This document shows, one piece after another, positions 18,823 through 27,425 of a DNA stretch of 64,000 nt. Numbering within the stretch: the first letter of the stretch is position 1; the number at the start of each line of letters is the position of its first letter. The DNA is from an archaeon (lineage in GTDB: Archaea; Methanobacteriota_B; Thermococci; Methanofastidiosales; NM3): assembly GCA_004212155.1 (NCBI GenBank), contig RXIG01000015.1, positions 1-64,000 of the forward strand. The letters are read 5' to 3'. The notes under the pieces were generated by a model that was not told where the DNA came from, made no database searches, and saw only the letters and a program-made list of their open reading frames with translations. A program made the translations under genes and the position numbers.

Positions 18823-20037
18823 TGAGAGATAGGCGCATTGCTCCTCATCCAGCTCGTCGATGGATATCGACGACGCCGAAAGGCGCATGCGTGCAACACG
18901 TTCGTCGATATCCTGCGGCACGCCGTAGACGCGCGGCTCGAGGTGATGGCCGAGGATATGGGTTGCACAGAGCAGCTGCAGGGCAAAGCTCATGTCCATG
19001 ATCTCCGCGGGATGCCCGTCGGCGCATGCGAGATTTACAAGCCTTCCCTCTCCAAGGAGGTGGAGCCACGCATCACCGATGCGGTAGCTCATGATGTCCT
19101 TGCGAGAGAACCGTTGCTCCTCTGCAAGCTGTTCCAGCCCGACGACATCGACTTCAACGTTGAAATGTCCTGCGTTGGCAAGAATCGCACCGTCCTTCAT
19201 CGTTGTGAAATGGCGCTGGCGGATCACCTTGTTGCATCCCGTGGCCGTGACGAAGATGTCGCCGATTCGGGCCGCCTCGTCCATGGTCATGACCCGAAAT
19301 CCGTCCATGTGGGCCTCGATGGCCTTGATGGGATCGACCTCGGTGACGACGACGTTGGCGCCCAGTCCCTTTGCGCGCATGGCAATACCTCGCCCGCACC
19401 AGCCATATCCGGCCACCACGAACACCTTGCCTGCGATAATGAGATTGGTCGTGCGCATGATGCCGTCGAGTGTCGACTGCCCCGTGCCGTACCGGTTGTC
19501 AAATAGGTACTTGCACTTGGCGTTGTTGACGGCAAACGCAGGGAACTTCAAGCTTCCCTCGCGCTCCATGGCCCTGAGCCGGATGACGCCTGTCGTCGTC
19601 TCCTCGCACAGGCCCTGCACGGACGGCAAGAGATCGTCGCGTTCGGTGTGTACGAGATGCGCCAGGTCCCCACCATCATCAATGATGACCGACGGGCCTA
19701 TGTCGAGGGTCTTGTTAAGATTCCGGTAGTACTCCTCGTCATCGATGCCGTAGCGCGCATTGACCGTGACGCCCCGCTCATGCAAGGCGTAGGCCACATC
19801 ATCCTGTGTCGTTAGCGGGTTGCTTCCGCACAATGCTACCTGTGCGCCGCCCTTGTGGAGCACATAGGCCATGTAGGCTGTCTTGGCCTCGAGATGGAGA
19901 CAGCACGAGACGGAGGCTCCCTCCAAGGGACGTTGAGAAGCAAACTGTTTTTCCAGGGCGGAGACGACAGGCATGTGGGATGCTGCCCACTGTATCTTGC
20001 GCTCGCCGGATTTCACGAGATCGTTTGAATCGCTCAT
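18802..20037 (-). CDS. ahcY: Adenosylhomocysteinase
   Basis: CLHLEAKTA, SNPLTTQD, EETTTG, KYLFDNRYGTGQS, GYGWCGRG, GRLVNL...GHP. Confidence 0.96.
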   Translation of the reverse strand: MSDSNDLVKSGERKIQWAASHMPVVSALEKQFASQRPLEGASVSCCLHLEAKTAYMAYVLHKGGAQVALCGSNPLTTQDDVAYALHERGVTVNARYGIDDEEYYRNLNKTLDIGPSVIIDDGGDLAHLVHTERDDLLPSVQGLCEETTTGVIRLRAMEREGSLKFPAFAVNNAKCKYLFDNRYGTGQSTLDGIMRTTNLIIAGKVFVVAGYGWCGRGIAMRAKGLGANVVVTEVDPIKAIEAHMDGFRVMTMDEAARIGDIFVTATGCNKVIRQRHFTTMKDGAILANAGHFNVEVDVVGLEQLAEEQRFSRKDIMSYRIGDAWLHLLGEGRLVNLACADGHPAEIMDMSFALQLLCATHILGHHLEPRVYGVPQDIDERVARMRLSASSISIDELDEEQCAYLSSWRHGT

Positions 20038-20148
20038 GAGAGAAACGACGACCTCATCATTTTTTAAGATTCCCTCGAAATCACGTTCTAGGGGAGAGAA
20101 ATGATTCTTTGATCAACGATACGGGTCAAAACAGGGCTATCAGTAAAA

Positions 20149-20156
20149 TTTATAAA
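20149..20156 (+). promoter_or_regulatory. Archaeal TATA box of tRNA-Thr
   Basis: TTTATAAA with a purine-rich BRE-like run upstream, ending 27 bp before the tRNA. Confidence 0.6.
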
Positions 20157-20183
20157 CAAAAATGAATTGGTCTTCTACGTGTT

Positions 20184-20260
20184 GCCCCGATGGCTCAGCA
20201 TGGTAGAGCGTCCGCTTGGTAAGCGGGAGGCCGCGGGTTCAAATCCCGCTCGGGGCTCCA
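20184..20260 (+). tRNA. tRNA-Thr(GGT)
   Basis: GCCCCGATGGCTCAG...TT-GGT-AA...GGTTCAAATCC...CGGGGCTCCA. Confidence 0.95.
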
Positions 20261-20317
20261 TGTCATGCGCAAAAAGAGAAAACTTTTTAACGTATACGCG
20301 ATAAAAAGCAGTGAAAT

Positions 20318-20395
20318 GGCCCGATCGCCAAGTCTGGGAAGGCGCTAGACTGAAGATCTAGTATTTCGCCGGTTCAAATCCGGCTCGGGCCACCA
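20318..20395 (+). tRNA. tRNA-Phe(GAA), atypical D-arm
   Basis: GGCCCGA/TCGGGCC acceptor stem, CTAGA-CT-GAA-GA-TCTAG, GGTTCAAATCC, ACCA end. Confidence 0.9.
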
Positions 20396-20495
20396 CCCTC
20401 TTTTCTTCACGCTCCTTTTTTGCTTAGAATCACAGTTTGTAAGCATTTTTAGAGAAATGTATTTATACAGCCTTTAAGGAAAGTTAAACGATAAT

Positions 20496-22316
20496 ATGCC
20501 CCATAGCGCAAAAAAAACCTTGCCCATTTTTCTAATCTTGCTCGCTCTAATAATATTGCCATATCAGTTCAATTTTAGCTATGAGGCACTATACACTGAT
20601 GCGCTTACCTTCGGTCTGCCATTTTTCATGTTTATAGCAGGGTACGTCGTCATCGTCAACTACTCCGTCAGGGCACTGAAACGTTCGATGGGCATACTCG
20701 TGTTCGCGCCCATACCTTGGGCACTGGCAGAGGTGCTCTGGGCACTCACGAACAACGATGGGGAGGTCCTGGCCTACTCGCTCTCGTTCGATGTGTTCTA
20801 CTTGCTCGGATTTGCGATCTTAGTCGTTGCGCTTGTGACGGCATATCCGGTCCTCCGACAGTATGTCAAGGCCCGGGCCCAGGCCATCGCCCTCTGCATC
20901 ACGATGATTGCGACAGTTGCGCTGGGGTACTACTTCCTCGGATACCGCGGTGAATCGATCGATGGACAGACCATGAGGATGACTGCCATCTACCTGGTCT
21001 TTGACTTGGCCGTGCTCTTCTTTGCCCTCAGCTACACGTGGGCAACGATCAAACACCGCCTCAGCCCGTTTTGGGCATGGCTTCTCGTCTTCACACTTGT
21101 GACCATTGCGGCTGACACGCTCTACGGCATTCGTGCGCTTGAGGGAACGTATGCGCCCTACGCGCTCCCCTCCATGCTCTTCAACGCGGCCTATGCGGCC
21201 TTGCTCGTAGGGTTCCTATCGTTTGTCGATGTGCGCTCGGCACTTCTCAGAGACGTCGATGAACGCTATTACGAGATATTCAATCACAGCGGTGCTCCGA
21301 CGATAATGGCCGATGGCGCGCACAACGTGCTCCTCGCCAATCAGCAGTTCGAACAGATGACAGGATATGAGGAGAAGGAGGTAACGGGCGAGATGAAGTG
21401 GCCCGAGCTCGTCGATGCAAAGGACCGAAAGTCGATACTGCTGCTGCTCAACCGTATGGAGAACGTCGGCACGAAAAAACCGCTCACGCGCGAGCTCAAT
21501 CTGCATACAAAGGACGGAAGCGCCCTGTGTAGCAGCGTCACGTTTAGCTTCATACCGGAGACCGACCTCATTGTGATCACGATCTTTGACCTCACGGAGA
21601 GGAAGAAGCTGGAAAACGAGCTCAAACGCATCAACGAGGACCTGCAAAACTTCACGTTTACCGTCTCGCACGACCTCAAGGAACCGCTTCGCAACATCTC
21701 ATCGCTGGCAACATACCTCAAGCGCGACTACCAGGACAAGCTTGACGACATGGGCAACGAGTTCCTTGACATGCTCGTTAACTCTGTCTCCACGATGTCG
21801 CAGCTCGTCGACGACCTGCTGACGCTCTCACGCATAGGGCGCAAGAACGTCGACTTCTCGTTCGTCGACATCAACAATCTCATCAACGAGGTGCTCGGCG
21901 ACATACAAAACTACGTCAAGGAGCGAAATGCCGAGGTTCGCTACGAGAATCTGCCCAAGGCCATGGTGCAAAAGACATGGATTAAGCAGGTCTTTCAAAA
22001 CCTTATAACTAATGGCATCAAGTTCAACGACTCCCCGCAGCCTACCGTCGACATCACCTATAAGGACCACAACTTCTTCTACGAGTTCATCGTGAGGGAC
22101 AACGGCATCGGTATCCCGCAAGAGTACAAGGACAAGATATTCAAGCTCTTTGAGAGGTTGCACTCCACAGAGGAATACGGCGGTACTGGCGCAGGACTGG
22201 CCATCGTGAAAAAGATCGTCAAGGAGCACAGGGGAGACATATGGGTGGAAAGTGAGGAGGGTTCTGGCTCCACGTTCCACTTCACGATCGAGAAGTTCTT
22301 CATAGGGGGAGAATGA
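20496..22316 (+). CDS. Membrane-bound PAS sensor histidine kinase
   Basis: About 7-8 TM helices, PAS domain, H-box VSHDLKEPLR, NLITNGIKF, DNGIGI, G.GLAI. Confidence 0.92.
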   Translation: MPHSAKKTLPIFLILLALIILPYQFNFSYEALYTDALTFGLPFFMFIAGYVVIVNYSVRALKRSMGILVFAPIPWALAEVLWALTNNDGEVLAYSLSFDVFYLLGFAILVVALVTAYPVLRQYVKARAQAIALCITMIATVALGYYFLGYRGESIDGQTMRMTAIYLVFDLAVLFFALSYTWATIKHRLSPFWAWLLVFTLVTIAADTLYGIRALEGTYAPYALPSMLFNAAYAALLVGFLSFVDVRSALLRDVDERYYEIFNHSGAPTIMADGAHNVLLANQQFEQMTGYEEKEVTGEMKWPELVDAKDRKSILLLLNRMENVGTKKPLTRELNLHTKDGSALCSSVTFSFIPETDLIVITIFDLTERKKLENELKRINEDLQNFTFTVSHDLKEPLRNISSLATYLKRDYQDKLDDMGNEFLDMLVNSVSTMSQLVDDLLTLSRIGRKNVDFSFVDINNLINEVLGDIQNYVKERNAEVRYENLPKAMVQKTWIKQVFQNLITNGIKFNDSPQPTVDITYKDHNFFYEFIVRDNGIGIPQEYKDKIFKLFERLHSTEEYGGTGAGLAIVKKIVKEHRGDIWVESEEGSGSTFHFTIEKFFIGGE

Positions 22317-22756
22317 CTGTGATACGAAGAGGGATCCTCATCATCGAAGACAATATGACAGACGGGCTCGTGATCAAACGGACACTGTCAAAACACCTTA
22401 CAGACGACATAACGATCGTCCGTGATGGCATGCAGGCGATCAACGCGCTTTCGGAAAAGCTCAAGTCGCGCCCTTCAAAGGAGGACGTCGTCATGCCACG
22501 CCTCATCACGCTCGACCTTAACATGCCGAAGATGAACGGGTTTGAGCTCCTCGACCGACTGAGGGAGCACGAGGACACGAAGTCGATACCGATCATCGTA
22601 CTCACGTCGTCGCAAATACCTGACGAGATCACTCGGGCCTACCAGATGGGCGTGAACAACTATGTGGTCAAGCCCACCGACCACGAGAAATTCGAGCAAA
22701 CAATAGAACAGATCTACCACTACTGGTTCGAATTTTCCAGAATACCAGAGGATTGA
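22313..22756 (+). CDS. Single-domain response regulator (Rcp1-like)
   Basis: IIEDN, LDLNMPKMNG, VLTSS, Y..G.N.YVVKP, YW C-terminus. Confidence 0.92.
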   Translation: MTVIRRGILIIEDNMTDGLVIKRTLSKHLTDDITIVRDGMQAINALSEKLKSRPSKEDVVMPRLITLDLNMPKMNGFELLDRLREHEDTKSIPIIVLTSSQIPDEITRAYQMGVNNYVVKPTDHEKFEQTIEQIYHYWFEFSRIPED

Positions 22757-22762
22757 TCCACT

Positions 22763-23443
22763 ATGGAAGAAAACACATCTGAAGGCCCTCACATCCTCTA
22801 CATAGAGGACAACAAGGCCGACGTGGTAATAATGAAACGCGTTCTCGAGGAGATATTCCCCCAGGGATACTCGCTTGACACGACCCCCGTCGGTTCGACG
22901 GGACTGACCAAGCTCAAGACGAATTACTACGACTTTGCCATCCTTGACTACAAGCTGCCCAGGATGAACGGGCTTGAGATCTTGCAGAACATGAAAAATG
23001 AGGGCATCGACACTCCTGTCGTGGTGGTAACAGGACAGGGTGACGACGAGGTCGCCGTCAAGGCGCTTAAAAACGGTGCATATGACTACCTGATCAAGGG
23101 CAAGCTCGACACCAAGGAGGCCAAGTTCTCCATACTCGAGCTGTGGAACCTCGTCAACTACATGAAACGTGATGCGAACATCGAGATGTTTTCCAGCCTT
23201 ACCCAAAAGCGCACCACGATCGATGTCATCGCGGACATCCTCCAAAGCGCCCTCAACGGCATAGGCAAGACGACGCTCGTCTTCAAATCGAACATGAACT
23301 TCAAGCGCATAGAGAAGTATCTCGTCTTCCTGCTGGCAAAGGGATTCCTCCGTCTCGACCAGGAGGAGAAGTACACGACGACCGAGGACGGAAAAAGGCT
23401 TTTGAAGGCAATAACGGAGCTCAAGGCACTCCTTAACAAGTAA
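22763..23443 (+). CDS. Response regulator: REC plus archaeal winged-HTH output domain
   Basis: LDYKLPRMNG, A.K.GAYDYL.K; C-terminal KRT.IDVIADIL...KT.LVFKSNMNF...YL..L...Y.TTE.G. Confidence 0.85.
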   Translation: MEENTSEGPHILYIEDNKADVVIMKRVLEEIFPQGYSLDTTPVGSTGLTKLKTNYYDFAILDYKLPRMNGLEILQNMKNEGIDTPVVVVTGQGDDEVAVKALKNGAYDYLIKGKLDTKEAKFSILELWNLVNYMKRDANIEMFSSLTQKRTTIDVIADILQSALNGIGKTTLVFKSNMNFKRIEKYLVFLLAKGFLRLDQEEKYTTTEDGKRLLKAITELKALLNK

Positions 23444-23467
23444 CGCTAATCCCGCTCAGCAAGGGAT

Positions 23468-23645
23468 TGGTGGGGACGGCGGGATTTGAACCCGAGTCCA
23501 CGGGTTTCTCCGATTTTTCTCGCACAAAAGAATGTGCGTGCTCCATAGATTCGTCATCCATGGGCGACGCCCATGTCCGTAAACCCGTAGCAACGCTCAA
23601 ATGATCTCTGGAGCCCATGATGATAGGCCTCTACACTACGTCCCC
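23468..23645 (-). tRNA. tRNA-Trp(CCA) with an intron at 37/38 (intron about 23506..23607)
   Basis: Exon 1 GGGGACG...ATGGG-CT-CCA-G; exon 2 A-CCCGT...GGTTCAAATCC...GTCCCCACCA. Confidence 0.93.
23506..23607 (-). ncRNA. Intron-encoded box C/D guide RNA of pre-tRNA-Trp
   Basis: Guides ACGGGTTT (antisense to AAACCCGT at the intron/exon 2 junction) and TGGAGC (antisense to GCTCCA); CGGA D'-like and ATGACGA C'-like boxes; CATGGGCG/CGCCCATG stem. Confidence 0.7.
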
Positions 23646-23741
23646 ACGTGCAAGAATAAGAGAAAAAATAATGTTTTTAAAGCTTTCCCTTTGTGTGGCT
23701 TTGGTATGACACATGGGCCGATGGCCCATGTGATAGCACCA

Positions 23742-24692
23742 TCAGATACAGAGCTTTCCGGGGACCTTCGGGAAGAGCGCTGCGTCCTCGATGCGTTCAA
23801 ACCCACATATGTACCGAACGAGGCGTTCCACACCGATGCCGAATCCCGACGATGGGGAGAGACCCTTTGATGCCATCTCGAGCAGGATCGAGAAGTCCTT
23901 GGTGTCCTGTTCCTTCTTGTGTATGCGCTCGACGATGCGGTCGTATTCGAACTCCCGCTCCCCGCCCGAGGACGCCTCGCCGAATCCCTCCGGGTAGATG
24001 AGGTCCATGTCGCGCAGGATCCCCTCCTGCTCCGGGTCCTCGCGGTCGTAGAACTCCCTGTCGAGCAGAGGGATATCAACGATCCAGAACGGTTCGGTAG
24101 CCTCCTTTGAGAGCACCTCCTCGAAGTCGGGGCCATGCTCCTCCTTGGCCTGGGTATATGAGACGCGCTTGAACGGCTTCGAGGGGACCTTGATCTCCCT
24201 TCCAAAGAACCCAAGCTCTTCGGAGAGCGCCTCCTTGCAATACTGCATGAGTCCAACATACATCCTTTCCATTAAATCCATAGACACGTCCCTCGGCGCA
24301 TCCTTGAGCTCGAGGTCGAGCTGCGTGAATTCGAACAGGTGACATCCGCTCTCGGCCTTGTCCTCGCATTCGAATCGAAGATTAGGTGAAAAGCAGAAAA
24401 TCTTTTCTTGAGAGAGGAGGGCAAGCTGTTTGTGGAAGATCATCGACTTCGTCAGCTGGTATTTGTGGCCATAGCATGTCAACACCGGATCGAGCGTTGG
24501 GTGGTTGAGGGGGTCTGTGAGGGGAGAGAGGATGACCGGTGGAATCTCCACGAATCCCTCCTTGAAGAGGTAGTCTCCCAAATACCGCCTCACATGCGTG
24601 TGGACCTTCATTGCGGTTTGCATTTCCTTTGATGTCAGACGCGTGTAATGGTAATCCGCGACCTTTTCCTTGAGTTCATTAGTGACCATCAT
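23742..24692 (-). CDS. Archaeal asparagine synthetase A (AsnRS paralog lacking the anticodon domain)
   Basis: SPLTDPLNH, LTKSMIFHKQ, SPNLR.E, HLFEFTQLDLE, GEASSGGERE, GFGIGVERL. Confidence 0.9.
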   Translation of the reverse strand: MMVTNELKEKVADYHYTRLTSKEMQTAMKVHTHVRRYLGDYLFKEGFVEIPPVILSPLTDPLNHPTLDPVLTCYGHKYQLTKSMIFHKQLALLSQEKIFCFSPNLRFECEDKAESGCHLFEFTQLDLELKDAPRDVSMDLMERMYVGLMQYCKEALSEELGFFGREIKVPSKPFKRVSYTQAKEEHGPDFEEVLSKEATEPFWIVDIPLLDREFYDREDPEQEGILRDMDLIYPEGFGEASSGGEREFEYDRIVERIHKKEQDTKDFSILLEMASKGLSPSSGFGIGVERLVRYICGFERIEDAALFPKVPGKLCI

Positions 24693-24797
24693 AAAATTGA
24701 TGACGATGATGTGGATATATATAACTTTCGTCTTTCAATAAGTCATACTGTAATATAATAGTAAAATTTATATAGTCCATTACGACAAAATGAAAGC

Positions 24798-25250
24798 ATG
24801 GAATCAAAACTTTACGACGAGAAGGACCTTCGCATACTAGAAGCGCTTAAAAAGGACGGCAGAAAGCCGACATCCAAGCTATCAAAGGAACTTGGAATAC
24901 CCCGTGTTACCATCCATCAACGCATCAACAAGATGATCGCAAACGGGATCATCCGAAAGTTCACTGTCCGTCCCGACTATGGCAAGTTGAAAAAACCTGT
25001 TACAGCGTTCATACTCATATCATTTGTCTCCAATCCGCAGGTTAGCCAGCGCGAGCTTGCCTCGAAGATATCGCTCATGAGCGGCGTTGAGGAAGTATTT
25101 ATCATCTCGGGCGAGTGGGATCTTTTGCTCAAGGTCCGGGCCGCATCCGCTGAAGAGGTCGGATCGCTCATCATCGACAAGTTGCGCACGTTCGAGGGAG
25201 TGGGAAAGGCAACGACCTGCATCAGCTTCAGTGCGGTAAAGGAGGAGTGA
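24798..25250 (+). CDS. Lrp/AsnC-family transcriptional regulator
   Basis: DEKD..IL..L..DGR HTH; ISGEWDLL RAM domain; divergent from the asparagine synthetase. Confidence 0.92.
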   Translation: MESKLYDEKDLRILEALKKDGRKPTSKLSKELGIPRVTIHQRINKMIANGIIRKFTVRPDYGKLKKPVTAFILISFVSNPQVSQRELASKISLMSGVEEVFIISGEWDLLLKVRAASAEEVGSLIIDKLRTFEGVGKATTCISFSAVKEE

Positions 25251-26243
25251 TTAGTCCTCCAGCGCTGAATGGTAATAGAGTATGGGGTCGTCGATGACGA
25301 AAAACATCTTCTCCGCCGAATCGTAGATGACCCGCTTGTTTGTGTCGATGGCAAGGTCGACGAGATCCCCAAGGTATGAGACATAGACCATCTTCTCCCA
25401 TTTTTCACCAGGATAGATACCCTGGCTGATCCACTCGTCATACTTGCCCATGTTGGCGGTGCCACCACCACTGGGACGGCGGCCATGCCATGCTATGACG
25501 ATGGCTGCGAGCACAAACGCCACGCATGCTGCCAGAGGCACGTAGATGTCTGAGAGCGTGTTTTGCACCTGTCGTTGTTCTGCCGTGTAGTAGTTTTTCG
25601 TGTCCGAGCTTGTCGCTGAGGACATGTCAAACGCATAATAGTCGGGACCAAACGTCACGGGAAGTGACATGTACGTATCTTCGGATATCGTTGTCGAGGC
25701 AATCGAACCGTCGTAGACGAGGTGCGTCACTATCTCGCCCTCGCTGCGTCCCACAGACGCGCCAAGGCTATCACGAATCTCCATGATGCGCGCGCGCAGC
25801 ATTGCCGCATCAAGCACGAACGAATCGGAGATCGTCCCCTCGCCTTCCACGCTGCCTGAGCTTGACGACAGGGGGATGCGCTTGCTCCAGAACGCGACCC
25901 CGTCATCGTTTTGCTCCATGAGCATGAGGTATGTCTCCGTCGAGACGTCAGCAGAGGCATCACTCACTGTCGGTTCGAACATGAACGAGAAGTCAACGGT
26001 AGCATTCGGCGATACGGCATAGAAGTAACCGGCCATGTCACTGAGTACGGTGCCCATATCATAGACGGGGTTCTCCTCGGTCACCGTTGCACTGATCGAA
26101 TATGTGCCTGAGTACGTGTATCCGTAATCGACCGTTTTTACGGTCTCGGTATGATAATCGGTATATTCCCAATATGCCCAGCCGCATGACCCGGCCAATC
26201 CGGCAATTGCAACGATAAGCAAGACCTTATGGAGCGCATTCAT
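25251..26243 (-). CDS. DUF5305-family membrane protein
   Basis: N- and C-terminal TM helices; SATVTEENPVY..GT.L...YF; YDEWIS.G; L.DLVDLAIDTNKRVI. Confidence 0.82.
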   Translation of the reverse strand: MNALHKVLLIVAIAGLAGSCGWAYWEYTDYHTETVKTVDYGYTYSGTYSISATVTEENPVYDMGTVLSDMAGYFYAVSPNATVDFSFMFEPTVSDASADVSTETYLMLMEQNDDGVAFWSKRIPLSSSSGSVEGEGTISDSFVLDAAMLRARIMEIRDSLGASVGRSEGEIVTHLVYDGSIASTTISEDTYMSLPVTFGPDYYAFDMSSATSSDTKNYYTAEQRQVQNTLSDIYVPLAACVAFVLAAIVIAWHGRRPSGGGTANMGKYDEWISQGIYPGEKWEKMVYVSYLGDLVDLAIDTNKRVIYDSAEKMFFVIDDPILYYHSALED

Positions 26244-26273
26244 GTGATCCCATCATATTCTAACATATTTATA

Positions 26274-27416
26274 TTAAAACGTTTTTATGTTTCGGCTGCG
26301 CGACCTCCCTCGTTCGGCCTTTCCCACCTCATTTCGAAGCACGAAAAGGATCGGCAGCGACAGGAGGATGGCAATGGCGTCGATAACGATCAGCGGTGCG
26401 TAGGGATGAACGTCCCTGAGCGCGAACGTGACGTCATGAGGTAGTATGCCAAGGTAGACATCGATCGTCACGTATGCCTGGTAATACCCTGGAGAGGCGG
26501 GCGCATGCACCACGTACGGTATGCGTTTTGTCAGGCCCCCCTCGAGCACCATCGACTCGTCGGGAATGGAGACGATGCCCTGCTGTTCACGCGTATGGAC
26601 GTAGACGGGTATGAATCCGCTATTGTGCACCGCAAGGTACTGTGTCACCGTTTCGCCGATGTGCACCGCGCGAGCGTTGGTCTGTCCTTCCGTCGCCACG
26701 ATATCGATGCGGTTGTGCTGCGTCATCGACAGCATCGATACGGTCGTCGCCAGAACGATGAAGAGTATGAACGCGGCATAGATCGTATAGGGTGATCCTT
26801 TCTTCTTCACTTCCCGGGAGCGGGACCTTTTCCCAAGCCGCATGCGGGATGATGCGATGTCTGCCACGATGGCCACTATCGAAAGTATGATCAGTGCAAA
26901 GAGGACCTGGCCCAGTGGTCCATCCGGCCGCTCGAATCCGATAGCATTGAAAAAACGCCGGGTGACGGAATCAAGAGCACCGGATATGGCCTCGATGGCA
27001 CTGCCAAGGCGCGGGATTGCCAGGACGCTTCCGCGCCACTGCACCACGCGTCCGGCTATCTGTTCGCGATTGACAAGCGGTTCGTTATGCGTCCCAGCCT
27101 GGTCGGTAAACGTGTTATTATCACCTTGTGTGACAAACCCCTGTGGCGTCTCGCCCACGATCCTATGGGTGACAAATTCATAGGGGAGGTTTTCCGCTCT
27201 GAACGTGATGACGTCGCCTACCGAATAATCATCAACGATCTGGGAGGGTATGATGAAAAAACCGTCGCCGGGACTGAGTTGGGGTTCCATCGACGCGGTC
27301 TGTACATACGCGACGCCTACGGGTTCGTTGACTAGACCGCCAATTATGATCGGGAAGAAAAGGAAGAGGACAACAAGGTAAACAGCTGATTCGATGAGCG
27401 TTCTCGTCTTCACCAT
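26274..27416 (-). CDS. Signal peptidase I, SipW-like (S26), with extra TM helices and a C-terminal beta domain
   Basis: V.TASMEP.L..GD (catalytic Ser), VGDVITF, THRIV (His), TQGDNN.F.D. Confidence 0.9.
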   Translation of the reverse strand: MVKTRTLIESAVYLVVLFLFFPIIIGGLVNEPVGVAYVQTASMEPQLSPGDGFFIIPSQIVDDYSVGDVITFRAENLPYEFVTHRIVGETPQGFVTQGDNNTFTDQAGTHNEPLVNREQIAGRVVQWRGSVLAIPRLGSAIEAISGALDSVTRRFFNAIGFERPDGPLGQVLFALIILSIVAIVADIASSRMRLGKRSRSREVKKKGSPYTIYAAFILFIVLATTVSMLSMTQHNRIDIVATEGQTNARAVHIGETVTQYLAVHNSGFIPVYVHTREQQGIVSIPDESMVLEGGLTKRIPYVVHAPASPGYYQAYVTIDVYLGILPHDVTFALRDVHPYAPLIVIDAIAILLSLPILFVLRNEVGKAERGRSRSRNIKTF

Positions 27417-27425
27417 GATCCCCCG

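Noticed and set aside
20496-22316. Phytochrome or sensory-rhodopsin light sensor for the carotenoid genes
   Set aside because: The kinase core is phytochrome-like, but I see no GAF/PHY domain, LOV NCRFLQ motif or retinal-binding Lys motif
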